From Flaccisagitta enflata (Eukaryota), in the NCBI GenBank assembly GCA_965153355.1, contig OZ231126.1, positions 42,098,001-42,162,000 on the forward strand: a DNA stretch of 64,000 bases, given 5' to 3'. Both the position numbers and the translations under genes were made by a program. The notes under the pieces were generated by a model. That model saw only the letters and a program-made list of their open reading frames with translations. It did no database searches and was not told where the DNA came from. This document shows positions 1-12,481 of this stretch, piece by piece; position 1 is the stretch's first letter, and each line of letters begins with the position of its first letter.

Positions 1-23
1 ACAACGACAACGACAACAATAAT

Positions 24-115
<92 letters not shown>
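1..115. repeat. (CAA)n microsatellite
   Basis: Direct reading of the sequence. Confidence 0.95.
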
Positions 116-116
<1 letters not shown>

Positions 117-980
117 CCTTCATCGCTCGTTTGTATATTTTGGTGCAAACTTACCTTGCAGGCGGGGACCTCATCTGGCACGCTTGTCCTTTCGGCGTCA
201 AAAGAGGGAAACATTTTCGACGACGATGACGACGACGATTCCATATCGTCGAGGAGGAATTGTGCTTAACTACGCGATGAAGGCATATCTATCCATGAAG
301 TCGGGTCACAAAACGACGACGTTACTTTCTCCTCCGACGTCGCTAACAATGACGGAAACTCTTCTCAATGACGATGGGAAAGACTCCGATGGAGATGTTG
401 TAGGGAACCCTTTTATGCAATGCCAATGGCGATGCAATGTAATCCAATGGCGATATTGAAAGGAGCTAACTCATTCAATGGCGAAAATGCAGGAAACGTG
501 GGAATAAGGCAGCATATGTCGGCGATGTTGATTGCTTCATAGGCAACTTTGATGATGATGATGAAAAAAATGATGATGCTTTGGTAAAATCCTCAACTTC
601 ATTCAGGGGCGATATTTCGGTTTCAAATCCGTTTTATGAAACGGTATCACATGATCATCATTCCACAAATGATTTGACGTTCATGAAGGGCGAAGCTGAA
701 TGCACTGACGACACAGTTGGAGCCGCAGAATGCGCTGGCGATGCGAAGCACGTGTCGACGACGACGCTGTAAGAGCCGACGGCGCAAAAGTCACTGAAGG
801 AGGCGCTGACGTCGCAGGAGCAAACGGTCATGTCGCCGAAGGAAGCGCTGGCGTTAGAGACGGCGCTAATTCCGATTTGATGGTGTCAGCCTTTGCGATT
901 TCCGGTGGGCGCAAAGGCGAAGCCGAGCCACGACCACGACTCCGATCGATTCCTGTGATACAAGAAGAGATTCATATTCA

Positions 981-1204
981 GTGGCGGACACGGAACTCTA
1001 TAAGAGACTGTGTCCGTCCGTCCGTCCGTCCGTCCATCCGTCCGTCCGTAACGCACGAGTCCAAAAGCGGAAAAACGAGCATTTAAGATGTTTTTTGGGT
1101 AGGTGTGTTGGTAGGGAGGCATGGGGAGTGGATGGGGGTTGGAAAACCGTTGGATGCCCCTGCCCACTCGTCCGCAACGATATTGTGACCCCGCGTCACT
1201 TGTT
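981..1204 (-). mobile_element. Dispersed HINE/DINE-1-like non-autonomous repeat, family B (aacaagtgacgcggggtcacaatatcgttgcggacgggtgggcagggg...)
   Basis: The same ~200-bp sequence recurs near 6335-6556, 44220-44390, 47837-48033, 50165-50375 and 60002-60232. It has an internal (GTCC/GGAC)n microsatellite and a terminal hairpin (gttgcg...cgcaac) next to an A/T run. This architecture matches Helentron-associated interspersed elements; the class assignment is inference. Confidence 0.65.
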
Positions 1205-2144
1205 ATTTTACGGTATGATCTATTTGTTTATCTGTTTTATGCCTATATTTGTTTGTCTGTCAGTTCGTGTCTATCTGGCTGTCTTTCCTTGTCCGAAAAT
1301 GGGTCTTTATGTCTTCCTTTACGCTGCACTCTTTTTTGTAATACTTCTTATTGTAGTGTTCAAATTGAGAAAAAAAAATAAGGCCGGATACACGGCTACC
1401 CAAATCGCGAGCGAATGGACAGAGGCAGTGATAAAAATTATCAATAAAACATTTCGGCAAAAGCCAGTGATGCAAAAACTGCCCGTAAACGGCTAAAAAG
1501 CAAAATGTTATATTACCGACCGACCAATAGTAACCAACCAACAACTAACCAACCAAACCATCGACTGACCGACCATCCAACCGCAGGACCAGTCGACCGA
1601 CGTGGCGGGTTATGGATTCACGCGCACGCCACAAATAAAAAAAAAACAAAAGGCGCAAACCGGAATTGTGACAACGGAAAGCGCTGATATCCTTTCACCT
1701 TCTCCACTCGCGTGAACAAAGTTAATAACAAAAGCCTAACGCGTAAATCATTCATTTCTTTCCAAAGACGCGTTAATTTTAAGGATATGTTCAGCCGTTG
1801 GCGATAGATCCACTTGGCTCGTCGGTCCGTTGTAACACAAGCTTAAGAGTACATTTTTGAAAGCCCCTACCCAGTAGCAGTTCATAGCAGTACTTGAATT
1901 TTTGCGAGTGAATTTTCGCGAGCTGATATTGTACTTCCAAAGTGAAGCTGTGCTTCAAAAAAAATCATTTTGGCTTTTTTATCTTAATTTGTCATGAATA
2001 ATTATGCTCGTGTCCGGGCCGAATGTCCCGCCTAACAGACCAACGGACGGTGCTGCGGTGGGAACGTGTGCAAAATTAAGTATCAGTTTCCTCAGTTTCG
2101 ATTAGTAACACAAGCCGTACTTGAATATGTATCACATTGTTCGA

Positions 2145-2343
2145 ACAAGGCCGGATACATGGCTACCCCAGTCGCTTGTGGGTGGGCAGGAGCAGTGATA
2201 GAGGTCACTTGGGCATTTGGGCTGGAGCAGTGAGCTTTAAAAGCTCAAAAACGCCAAAAAAGGAAAAGGGGACCGACCGACCAACCGACCGACCGACCGA
2301 CCGACTAAGCGGGGTGTAGAGTCGCGTAGCACGTGACAAAAAA
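2145..2343 (+). mobile_element. Dispersed HINE/DINE-1-like repeat, family A (aacaaggccggatacacggctaccccagtcgc...)
   Basis: Copies near 1378-1640, 7095-7217(-), 43990-44160, 44641-44834(-), 46040-46165, 60340-60433(-) and 61385-61582, plus a decayed copy at 28568-28720 inside an intron of the viral element. Full copies have a (GACC)n tract and the 3' hairpin gtcgcgt..acgcgac followed by taaaa. Confidence 0.65.
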
Positions 2344-3289
2344 TATTCCGTTAACGCCATATTTTCAAACAAGCAACAATTATTTTTTCTACAGTTGCGA
2401 TGATCTTGGCCTTGACTTTTTAGTGAACATGTCGGTGATGTCGTTAGCTAATTCAGGCGTGTGATGGTGAGAGTTGGTTTCAATGGTCAGTTGAGGGTTT
2501 AAAAAAAAGGCAAATTCAAAGTCAGTTCGGTTAAACTTTTTTTTTCAGAGCCAGACCAGATGAAAGTTTTCTTTTTTTTCATTCTCTCTCTCCTCCGTGT
2601 CGAAATCGTGATATATTACCATCCAAAGACAAAGCATTAGAGATTGTACGACTCTCAGGGCCAGGGCGTGTTTCCACTAATTCTTCATCCCATTTGCCTT
2701 GATTTATCACATCACTATCTCATTCTCATTTACACCGTCCCTTGAGGGAGTGTGCGAGCGAGTGAACTGAATGAACGTAGTGACATGCAGATTCGGGGAG
2801 TGAGTGAACGTAGTGAGCAGTGCGAATGAATGAGCGGACTGAGCGGTACGAGTGAACGAACGTAAATACCGACTGAAAGGCCCGTTAAAAACGGGGTTGT
2901 CAGTAGGTAGAAACACACCCTCTCTCTTGACCTAGTTACAATCACAAGCTGGCTATGAATAAATTCTGAAAAAGACAGACACGGTGAATTTGATCCTTTA
3001 ACGTTGATTGTTATCGAAAGATCGCTCATTGCAACTATTCCTTTTTTCTTTTTCTCTCTTTTTTTTTTCTCTTTCTATAATTCATTTGTTCGCTCTCTTT
3101 ACTTGTCTCATGTTCTTTGTTTCTCTTATTCCTTTTTTTTCTGTCTCCTTCTGTCTCCAATTGTCTTCTTTTCTTTCTCTTCTGGACTCTGTTGCTCCTG
3201 GTCTTTCTCCAACCCCTTGTTCTTCTGCGCTTTCTGTGTCTTCTGTTCCTTTGCACTGGCTCTGTCCGACTCTGTCTCTATCTCGGTAG

Positions 3290-3441
<152 letters not shown>

Positions 3442-5441
3442 GCTCACCTTGCTGTCCGGCTGGAAGCATGGATGGAGGCAGCAAGGAAAAGTCGGCGGCC
3501 GATTTGAGAAGTGAGATCTTGAACGAGAACGAGATCTTTTGAAGCGTATATCATCATCATCGTGTTGACTTTTTTAGATGTGCCTATTTCAGGATTTTTT
3601 GGAAAATTTTTCTTTCTCTTCAATATATATATCAACCGTAGATGCGCTTATATTTCAGGAAATAGTCTTTTTTTTCTTCTTCTTATCATTGTATCAACCG
3701 TACATTGATCTGATGATTTCAGGAAATAAGTTTTGATATATATATATTCCGAAAATACGAGGGCGAATGAAAAAAAAGGTAAATCTGACGGTTTTTTCTC
3801 GCGATTGTGATCTGTGAAAAAAAAAAAGAAATAAACAAAAGAGTGAGCGAGAATTCAGTGAAACGTGAAACGATTAAAAAAAAAACCGGGAGTGAGAAGC
3901 CGGATATACAAGCCTGTCATATTTGCATGCGGGTGGGCGAGCGCACCGGCAGTTCGATGATGATTAAAGTTGAAACCCAATCGGGCATCATTTGGGGCGG
4001 GGACAAGTGTGGTATGCAAACAAGGCCAAAAGAAGTCGCATATGCGATAGGATTGAGGCCAAGACTGAATATATAATAGGGCATCCCAGAAAGGCTGGTT
4101 CTGAAGGGTACTTCAAAAAGTTATCAAAAGAGGTATTCCTTTGGGCCTATCGACACCCTCTAGGACCAAAATGATTGTTGTTTTATGATTTTTTTGAAAA
4201 ATGTGCAACGGGTGCCCTCTAATAGATGGCTTACTAAGGAGGCGAAAAACACAAAAAAACGCCAAAATTAGCTACTTTCACCTTGTCTTTATCTCAATTA
4301 CCCCAGTCCTTTTGCAGTCCTCCTAGTTGGTACAGCTTCTATAACATATCAACTTGGAAGAGCAACAAGAATTTTTGTTCTGTGCATCAGGTACACTGGA
4401 TTACATAACTATTGGTGAAGTGAAAAAAACGCGAAAAACCCAAAAATAACGAAAATCGCAAAAATACACTTATTAAATTTCTTCTTTCTCCTATCCTCAA
4501 CAATGCTACTCACTAAGGCATTGGGGGTGTTTCTATTTGCAATGTTATTTGTTTTGGGGCATGGAATCCAACTAAAGTGAAGGATAGTCTTAGATCTTTG
4601 TTATATTTTGGCACTGCTTCGCATGATTGTGATTGCAAGCGAGAGTAAAAAGAGCAACGGTCTCATTGCCTCTGATCTTTTGAAAAGGGATCAAACTGGA
4701 TCAGTATTTCTCACAGAAATAGAAAATCCTTCAAAGCAATGCTTTACAACCCTGCAGACCTACATATCTTAAGCGGCTAAGCTGACTGCAGATTTAGATT
4801 CCCCACTCTGAAACCCTCATGGAATCACCCCTTCACCCTCAAACAAACTTTTTGGGCAGCAGCTGCAGAATATTTTTATCAGTTTATTCATGAGGCCATC
4901 TGCTTATTTGTCTGCCCCTTCCCTCAGATGTCAAATTAGCCTCAGGCTCTCAATGTACCCACTTGCACGTATCATCAGCAATTTGGCATCTAATCAGCCC
5001 ATTCAGGCCTCAAATCAGCTATTTTAGTTTAGTTAGCTTTATCAGCCTTAAGAGGAGTCACAGCAATTTTCAGCTTTATACAAGCCCTCAGATACCTCAT
5101 ATAGGCCCTCAAAGGTCCATATCAGCCCTCTTAATCCTTGAATTTACCCTTTCAGGACTGCATGAGCGTTGCGAGTCTTAGATTCAATTTCCCAGACCCT
5201 AACTAAGCCTGTAAGGCCTTGAATCAGATCTCTAGCCTAATGCTAGTATGGACACATCATGGTCTTCTTAGTTCTCACCAGTTTAAACAGGTCTCAATCA
5301 TTTGCCTTCTCACTTCTCAGTTCTCACCATTTTAAACGGGTCTCAATCATCTGCATTAAGCTGAACATGTTCAATCAGAATTCTTCCTTGGGTCAATAGG
5401 ACTTCATCCACTTGGGGACTGCTGCCCTGCATACTCTCACT

Positions 5442-6268
5442 TAGGGCTGAGTCGAGGATTTCATATTTTTCCTCGATGATAAATTGCCTGAAATCTTATT
5501 CCTCGAGGAATCCTCCAGCATTTTCGAGGATTTTCTATCAGCATTTTATAATTGATTACAAATAACTTTTCTACCCCTTAGTTCTAACAAGGCCAAGTAG
5601 GCCAATAAGGTGCGATGTGTGGATCGTCGAACGAATGCGTTACCGACCAACCAACCGACAGACCAACCGATGGACACAGCCAGTTATAGAGGTGCTTTGT
5701 CGCACCTAAAAAGAAAGAACTGGTAACGCAATGGGACTTGTTTTTCTTTCAAACTTTATAGACTAACATGTTTCAAAGCAGGCCACAAACAAATCTAATC
5801 TTTTTTCAGTTTTATAGCCAAAAAGAAGTAACATCATTTGTCTCAGAGGATCATGAGTTCTTCTTTTAGACTGGATCGTAATTTAGTCACAAACATCCCA
5901 GCTGCAATGTAGAGATCGCATGCTTTCTTGAGCAATTCATTTTTTGTTGGATAATCAAGAGACGCCTCAACCGGTGAAGATGACGAGAAAAGACGAAGGA
6001 GACCGGAAATGCTGGAATTTCTTCTTTCCAACAATCGAATATTCAAGATTTCGCCATTTTTCATGCAAACGGCGACATGCTTTCCTCAACAGATTTAGCT
6101 ATAAATTCAATGACCGAGTCGGGATTAAGCAGATTGACGTCAATCTTTGACATTTCAAGAGATTAAAGTTTGATGGTTCCCTCCGAGGATTTTTGCTTTC
6201 CTCGAGCAAGCAATGCAAAATTTTTCCTCGATTAATCATCGAGCAATTAATTGCTCGACTCAGCCCTA
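5442..6268. mobile_element. hAT-like non-autonomous element nested in the 4077-7875 element
   Basis: TIRs tagggctgagtcgag / ctcgactcagcccta. The flanking 8-mers ctctcact (5434-5441) and ctctcaca (6269-6276) match 7/8, consistent with an 8-bp hAT TSD. Confidence 0.7.
5586..5712 (+). mobile_element. Dispersed HINE-like repeat, family C (aacaaggccaagtaggccaata...ttatagaggtgctttgtcgcacctaaaa)
   Basis: Recognisable copies at 29768-29895 (inside an intron of the viral element) and 57473-57597 (-). Confidence 0.7.
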
Positions 6269-6739
6269 CTCTCACATTCACAATCATCCATGCATGATCA
6301 AGGCCTAAAATATGACATGGATCTAATACTATTTTTATTTGCGGACACGCAACTCTCAGAGGCTTTGTCCAACAGTCCGTCAGTCTGTCCATCTGTCAGT
6401 CTGTCCATTGGTCCATAATGATTGAGTAGGAAAGTGGGAAAATGCGCATTCTAGAGACTTTTTGTGCATGTTTGTGAGAGAGGGTTGGGGTGCGGATGGG
6501 GGTAGGATGCCCCTGCCTACCCGTCCGCAATGATATGTGACCCCGCATCACTTGTTTAAGATTTGAATACTTTGCTTCAAATCAAGTAAAATTGCAAATG
6601 GATACACCACTACCACCTCAGTGGGTAGCATTTTTAGACACCCCACTTTGTCTATCCATCTCTAATTCCATCAGTAAGCCAATTGGTTGGTTCATCCAAC
6701 CCCTTTGAAGTTCATATTCTAGCCATATAGCTCATATCT

Positions 6740-6965
6740 CAGCCTTGAGGCCCATATTCTAGGCTCAAGGATCAAATCCCAACCTAAAGACTAAAATCCC
6801 AGCCTTGAGACTCAAATCCTAGCCTCAAGGCTCAAATCACAACCTCAAGGCTCAAATCTCAGCCTCAAGGCTCAAATCCCAACCTCAAGCTTCACATCCC
6901 AGCATCAAGGCTCAAATCCCAGCATATTGGCTCAAATCCCATTATTGATGCTCAAATTCAAGCCT
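6740..6965. repeat. 21-bp minisatellite (ggctcaaatcccagcctcaa-type)
   Basis: About 10 degenerate tandem units; a related array in reverse orientation lies at ~58645-58890. Confidence 0.8.
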
Positions 6966-8082
6966 AGTGCTGCAAAACCTACCAAGCATATGTCATTGGC
7001 CCCTTCAGGGCCACTGCCCCTCTCTCCATTACGCATTCACATACACTCACATAGGGGCAATGGGTACTGATGGCCATCCAACACTTTTGCTACTATTTTT
7101 TTGGCGTTTTTGAGCGTTTAGAACCCACTGCTCCTGCCCAAATGCCCAAGTGACCTCCTATATCAGTGCCCCTGCCCACCCACACAAGACTAGGGTAGCC
7201 GTGTATCCGACCTTGTTGAGTCAAAAACAGATCAACAAGTAACACTGGGTTACAATACTGTAGCAGATGGGTAGGCAGGGGCGTCCAACCTCCACATCCC
7301 ATGCCACCCTCCCTTAGACATAAGCCAAAAGCTTCTAAAGCACTGAAATTTTTATTTCTAGACTTTTTTCTAAGGACTCAGGGATTCATGGATAGACAAA
7401 GCTAATGGTGACTCAAGGTCATAAAGCTGTTGCAGCTCACATAATGGTCAAATGAATGGGGTGAGTGAGGATAAGTTGATTGATATGGTCAAGAAGGAAT
7501 TTTAGTAATTTTCTTTATTTTTGCGTGTTTTGACTGTACGAATAGTGATGTAATCAAGGGTATTTGATGATCTGAACCAAAATTTTTGTTTTCCATAAAA
7601 GTTCATCTATTAAAGAAGCTGTACCAGCTAGGATAACTGCTATAGGACTGGGGTAATTAAGATTAAGAAAAGATTTAAACAGCTAATATATGCGTTTTTT
7701 TGCAATTTTCGCGATTTTTGCGTCCTTAGCAAGCGATTTATCAGAGGGCACCCGTTGCACATTTTTCAAAAAAAGCATAAAACAACAATCATTTTGGTCC
7801 TAGAGGATGTCGATGGTCAGTTTAAGAAACCTCTTTTATACTTTCATGATAATGCATTCTGTCTGGGATGTCCTATATATAAGTGTTTTGTCCGCTCATA
7901 GACTGAAGGGGCAAGGCCAGGGATCAACTGACGGTTTTGCACGATAATCAAAATTCACTGATAAGTGAAAGCTTCATCGACCGACCGACCGATTGGGGCC
8001 GACTGCCGAGTGCAAAAACAATCAAGAGGCTCATCACCATACGAATATATATCTTCAATTGACCTTGTTGCGGAATCCATGT

Positions 8083-8326
8083 AGTAGTATAGCCAGGTGT
8101 CTTGTGAATCAGCAGCGGTCAGCGCTCAAATCGCAAATTTCAGCTCGGATCAGCAGTAAATACCCGGTACATGCTAGGGCAGCGGCCAGGAATCGCCTAG
8201 CAATCTATGTGGAATGAATGAAGATTAGTACTGAATATATATATTTACTATGTTATGATTTTTTTTGTTTAAATAAACATTTTTTGTGGCCTCCGGACAA
8301 TATTTATTTAGCGGTCAGCATTTATT
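8083..8326 (+). repeat. Left terminal inverted repeat (244 bp)
   Basis: agtagtatagccaggtgtc...gcggtcagcatttatt is the reverse complement of 43478-43721. No mismatch seen by eye, including homopolymer lengths. Confidence 0.97.
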
Positions 8327-9640
8327 TATTGTTGTATGTAATATATTGTGTTGTATTACAATGTATGTTGCACTGATTACATGTATTTGTACTTTTTTGT
8401 TTGCCCCTTTTCTTTACTTGTGATTTTTAGCCGAGGCGAAATCATTTTTAGATTGAAAAGCATTTGAAATAGTCAATACCGAGTACAAGAATGAAAAAGG
8501 AAAAGGGAAAGAAAAAAAAAAACCGAAATGAACTTTGGATTAACCGATACACAGTACAGCTGCGGAGAGTGAGAATGACAAACGCCCGCAGATCTAAAGT
8601 GGATCTACCAGATACATAATACAGTTAAGAGAGGAACGGTAGAGAAGAGTGTGTAGTAGAGAGTAATGGATGCTGACATGGTACCTCGTGCGATTTTTAG
8701 TGGCGGAGAATTTGATTATAGAAGTTGAAGTGTAGATGGTCGGTAGGAATGACGAGTGGTTTCCAGGGTACTGCTTCTATCCAGTCGTGTTGCGAATAGA
8801 TCACCGCGTACTCGGCCTCGTGCGTTATGTAGTACGTTAGTGTAGTGTGTTGCCTTGGTACCGTTGCATACGTTGATTGCGGCGAATAGAGGACTGCGGA
8901 GGGAGGGCGAGAAAGACAAAAAGAGGTAATCGGATTCGAGTTTGGGTTACCGACTACGTGACAGGGCGAATGGGGATACATGAACGGAGAGTAGGTATGG
9001 GGTAGTACAGATATAGGGGATGCGACGTGGCTAGAGTGATGTTATGTAACATGTAGCATGTAGACATGTAGTGTATGTGCATGTTATTTTGATTTGTTTG
9101 GCTGATTTGTGAATTTTTCGGGTTCATATTGGAATTTTTGAGTTGATTTTAAGTTTTTGTGGTTCCTATTTGAATTTGTGAGTAGAGAATGTATTTTTTT
9201 TAGGTTGATTTGAAATGTGCAGAGGTGAGTTTTTAATGTTTTTTGGTGAGTTTTTAAATGTTTTTTTTCGTGGTGAATGTGGTAAATGAAATTTTTAGGT
9301 TTTGTAGGAAATACTGAAAGTCAGAATGGTAAAATTGGTAATGTAAAAGATTGTAGGATTGTACAGGAGTGGGGAAAAGAGTGCATATGGGATAATGTGA
9401 ACAGGGTGGGCTATGGGTGATGGGTGGAAGGTACGATTGGTGAGTGAAGTGGGAAGATTGTGGGTGGGGGGAAGAGGAAGAGGGGGGGGGGGAAGAGGAA
9501 GAGGATATGAGGAAGATGAAAAGGGGAAGAGCAATTTTTTTTTTTATATAGAAAAATATATGGAGAAGGAAGAGCAGGATGAGCAAAATAAAAATGAATT
9601 TGTATATATGCATTTGCATTTTGAAAATTTGATCATAATC

Positions 9641-11056
9641 ATGGCTGGAGAAAAAAGCAAAATTTATTCTGCAAAAACTCATCAATTTTTTCCGGGAAAT
9701 TTTGCGTGCGTTTTTGGTCAATCGTCTTCTGGTAGTTATTAGTCACAAAAAAATAATACTAGGTAATTTTTTTTTTAGATAAAAGTTAATAGGCATTAAG
9801 TGGAAATGTTTGGGATTTTGGGTGAATTTTTATTTGATTTGGAGCTTGATTAGGGGATACCAGTTACTTGAAAAATAATTGGATTTTTTACAAGTTTTTT
9901 TTTATTCTGAGCTTGAATAGGGGATACCTATTACTTAAAAATATGAGAAGGAAAAATTTAGAAGAAAAAAAATTTGATTTGAGGCTTGAATAGGGGATAC
10001 CATTTACATGAAAATTTGACAAGGTAAAAATTTAAAGAAAAAAAAATGATTTTAGGCTTGAATAGGGGATACCAGTTACTTGAAAAGATTGGATTTTTGG
10101 CAATTTTTTTTTTATTTGGGGTTTGAATAGGGGATACCAGTTACCTGAAAATTTGAAAATGCAGAATTTAGAAAGAAAAAAATTTATTTGGGGCTTGAAT
10201 AGGTGATACTGGTTACCTGAAAAGATTGGATTTTTGGCAAGTTTTTTCTTTTATTTGAGGTTTGAATAGGGGATACCAGTTACATGAAAATTTGAAAAGA
10301 TAAAATTTAGAAAAAAAAATTCAATTGAGGCTTGAATAGGGGATACCAATTACTTGAAAATTTGAATGTTGTGAGTGTATATTTTTTTGTGACCAAGTTA
10401 ACAAAACAAGGCAAAACGACATTCATTACCAATTTGGTGATTGAACATAAGTACCATTTTCGACAAAAAATTAAGAAGGTCGTGTATTTTTACAAAGAGA
10501 GTTGTGAAAGCATAGATCGGCTAAAGTCGCACCTGTCAAAGGAGCCCGGTGTGGAGGCGGTGTTTTCGAAAAAATTCCCCGATGGAAACTTTTTGGATTT
10601 TTGCAAGCCAGAGCAAGATGCGACAATTTTGGTGATAGACGACTTTTTTTTGATGCTACCACTGATGAAAAGATAAGAAAGGATTTGATTTCTTGCTCGA
10701 CTATCTGGACTCATCATTACGGTATTTCGAGTTTTCTGTGTCTACACAGCTACGACATATTTTTAAAGGCATCGAAACTGAATGTAATACTTATGAACTC
10801 AAGTCATCTCGTGTTTTTCAAGAGTTCACACGACGCGCGTGCCGCCAAGCGGCACATGAACCAGTACATGTTAAATTTGAAGGGGGGACAGACCCTCTTC
10901 GATGTCTACAAGCGTCACGTTCTCGAGAAAAATTTTAACTACGTCATAGCAGCTATTTCGCCTATGTGCACAAAGCCTACCTTGTGGGGACAGATTTTAT
11001 TGGCGGAGAATTTGCCGATGTTAGGGTTCCATGAGAGTAGCGACGAGGACGAGTGA
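9641..11056 (+). CDS. A32/FtsK-like genome-packaging ATPase; exons 9641-9731 and 10411-11056; apparent frameshift in the T8 run at 10644-10651
   Basis: Splicing GTAGTT(9732)...AAG(10410) creates Walker A CVFGQSSS|GKTTF. Walker B is ILVIDD. Downstream HHYGISSFLCLH and NSSHLVFFKSSHD match the Maverick ATPase pattern HHxNxS...NxxYLVLFKNPRD. About 245 aa if one T is added. Confidence 0.88.
9841..10365. repeat. Array of 8 copies of a ~30-bp core (g[c/t]ttgaataggggataccagttacttgaaaa) at ~65-72-bp spacing inside the ATPase intron
   Basis: Cores near 9841, 9909, 9981, 10053, 10118, 10191, 10257 and 10328. The spacers fall into two related AT-rich types. Confidence 0.9.
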
Positions 11057-11400
11057 CTGGTATACCGATGGCCTGCAGATCGTCGGAAAGATTAAAGGCC
11101 TTGATTAACGTCTGTGTGGATGACAAGTTATTTGACAAAAAATTAAAAACTAGTGTGTTTGAATGCGTCGTTGAAATTGTTAAAAATGCATCAAAACGGA
11201 AATTGGCCGCTAATTGTTTTTCTGAGAAAACAAAGAAGAAGATGAGAAAGAGCAAGCGGCTTCTTTCTTTCTTGAAAAACGGTAAAATTTCGTTGAAAAA
11301 AGGAAAAAGAAAGTTTTTGAAGCTGAAAAAGAATGAGCGGAAACTGTTTAACTCTTACATCATCGCTGATTTCATGAAAAACTGTGTACATCATGAGTAG
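11053..11400 (+). CDS. Small basic Maverick-type conserved protein following the ATPase
   Basis: VFECVVEIVKNASK...KKKMRKSKRLL resembles the small conserved Maverick ORF (ICECALNVLKG...KKLKRHK). It overlaps the ATPase stop; first ATG at 11068. Confidence 0.65.
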   Translation: MTGIPMACRSSERLKALINVCVDDKLFDKKLKTSVFECVVEIVKNASKRKLAANCFSEKTKKKMRKSKRLLSFLKNGKISLKKGKRKFLKLKKNERKLFNSYIIADFMKNCVHHE

Positions 11401-12481
11401 TGAGAACCAATCCCAATATTTAAAAACTCCTCATGTCTTAAAAATCATAAATAAAGACGGTATTGCCTGTGAAGAAAAGTTGGACGAATTGAGAAACTTG
11501 ATAGGTGGAAAAGGGTTAAAAGTTTTGCCATCTGGAGAGGAATTGCCAGAGAAAACTCCCGAGGTACCCGTGGTATCTAACTCGTTACCCGCCCCAACCG
11601 CAACCCAGTTGGCAATTGAAAAAATTGTAAGTGAAATAAGCGGTGTGAAAGAAAAGCAGCTGGCGAGAAGTTTGTTGAATGAGATTGATAGGAGCGACTA
11701 TATAAGTTTTGACCCGGATAATTTGGAAATCATTGTGGACGGGGAGAATATAAAGTTTTCTAACATAAAAAACTTGGTGCAATACTGTATATCGGCAAAC
11801 CCAAGTCATCTTCCCTTGGCAATTGCGCTATTTTTGCAGTGTATGATAAGAATAAAAATTCCAAGCGAACTTTTGAGACATGGTGATGCTTTGGGGATTC
11901 GCGAATCACTACTCAAAATAGAAGAACTGAAGAGTAGAGGTTTGTCCAGGGGAGAAAATACACCGCATAGTGAGACTGTTTTGGAAGGTGATCGTGCGGC
12001 GAACGGCGAAGGTGTGGATGGAGTAGGTGAGCAAGGTGAGCGTGGAAAAAAGAGGGATAGGGAAGAGGACGACGAAGACGACGGTGGCGCTTCTGTGTTA
12101 AACCCGGCAAAAAAATCTTATGGGATTTCCCAGGGGTCGTTGGACAAGATTCGCACGGCGCCGAAATTACGTGAACAGATTTCTTCGACATGGCGAGATG
12201 CCATGGGTGGGGGTAATTCGAGGAAGAGGAAGGCGACATTAGAATACCCAGACGCGGAAGAAGAGAAATATAGTGAGTGGAATAACGCGGCTGAACCTGC
12301 GTCGAGATCAAAGAGGAAGAGGGTGACATTAGAATATCCAGGAGCAGAGGAAGAGACATATAATGAGTGGAATAACGCGGCTGAACCTGCGTCGAGATCA
12401 AAGAGGAAGCGAGTGACAGTTGACTTTGTGCCGGAGGAAGAGGAGGAATTTGGAAGAGGGAAGCGGAAACGAACGGGATAG
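11393..12481 (+). CDS. Conserved Maverick protein upstream of the integrase, with a basic/acidic repeated C-terminus
   Basis: KQLARSLLNEI...ISFD...EIIVDGENIKFSNIKNLV resembles the Maverick motif KAxxLL...ISWxxxGElxxxGxxIxGSNIxDL. The C-terminus has a tandem repeat (KRKRVTLEYPGAEEETYNEWNNAAEPASRS) with NLS-like clusters. Confidence 0.7.
   Translation: MSSENQSQYLKTPHVLKIINKDGIACEEKLDELRNLIGGKGLKVLPSGEELPEKTPEVPVVSNSLPAPTATQLAIEKIVSEISGVKEKQLARSLLNEIDRSDYISFDPDNLEIIVDGENIKFSNIKNLVQYCISANPSHLPLAIALFLQCMIRIKIPSELLRHGDALGIRESLLKIEELKSRGLSRGENTPHSETVLEGDRAANGEGVDGVGEQGERGKKRDREEDDEDDGGASVLNPAKKSYGISQGSLDKIRTAPKLREQISSTWRDAMGGGNSRKRKATLEYPDAEEEKYSEWNNAAEPASRSKRKRVTLEYPGAEEETYNEWNNAAEPASRSKRKRVTVDFVPEEEEEFGRGKRKRTG

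Larger units (their letters stand above)
4077..7875. mobile_element. Non-autonomous DNA transposon with long imperfect TIRs (TAG...CTA termini; possibly Academ-related) and nested insertions
   Basis: tagggcatcccaga...ctctaggaccaaaatgattgttgttttatg...aatgtgcaacgggtgccctct (from 4077) is mirrored by agagggcacccgttgcacatt...aacaacaatcattttggtcctagag...tctgggatgtccta (ending 7875). Inverted similarity spans roughly 300 bp. No clean TSD. Confidence 0.7.

Noticed and set aside
160-960. GC-richer, coding-looking stretch with short ORFs
   Set aside because: No continuous frame or recognisable motif on either strand. It may be a decayed exon or UTR, but I cannot support a call.
8078-8083. 6-bp TSD CATGTA
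   Set aside because: It requires dropping the first A of the left TIR and making the ends asymmetric; the 5-bp CATGT with symmetric AGTAGT/ACTACT ends is more parsimonious.
8697-9534. Short ORFs just inside the left TIR
   Set aside because: No motifs and biased composition; more likely promoter or leader sequence.
9841-10365. CRISPR-like repeat-spacer appearance
   Set aside because: Spacers are not unique (two related AT-rich types), the repeats are degenerate and non-palindromic, there are no cas genes, and the context is a eukaryotic intron.
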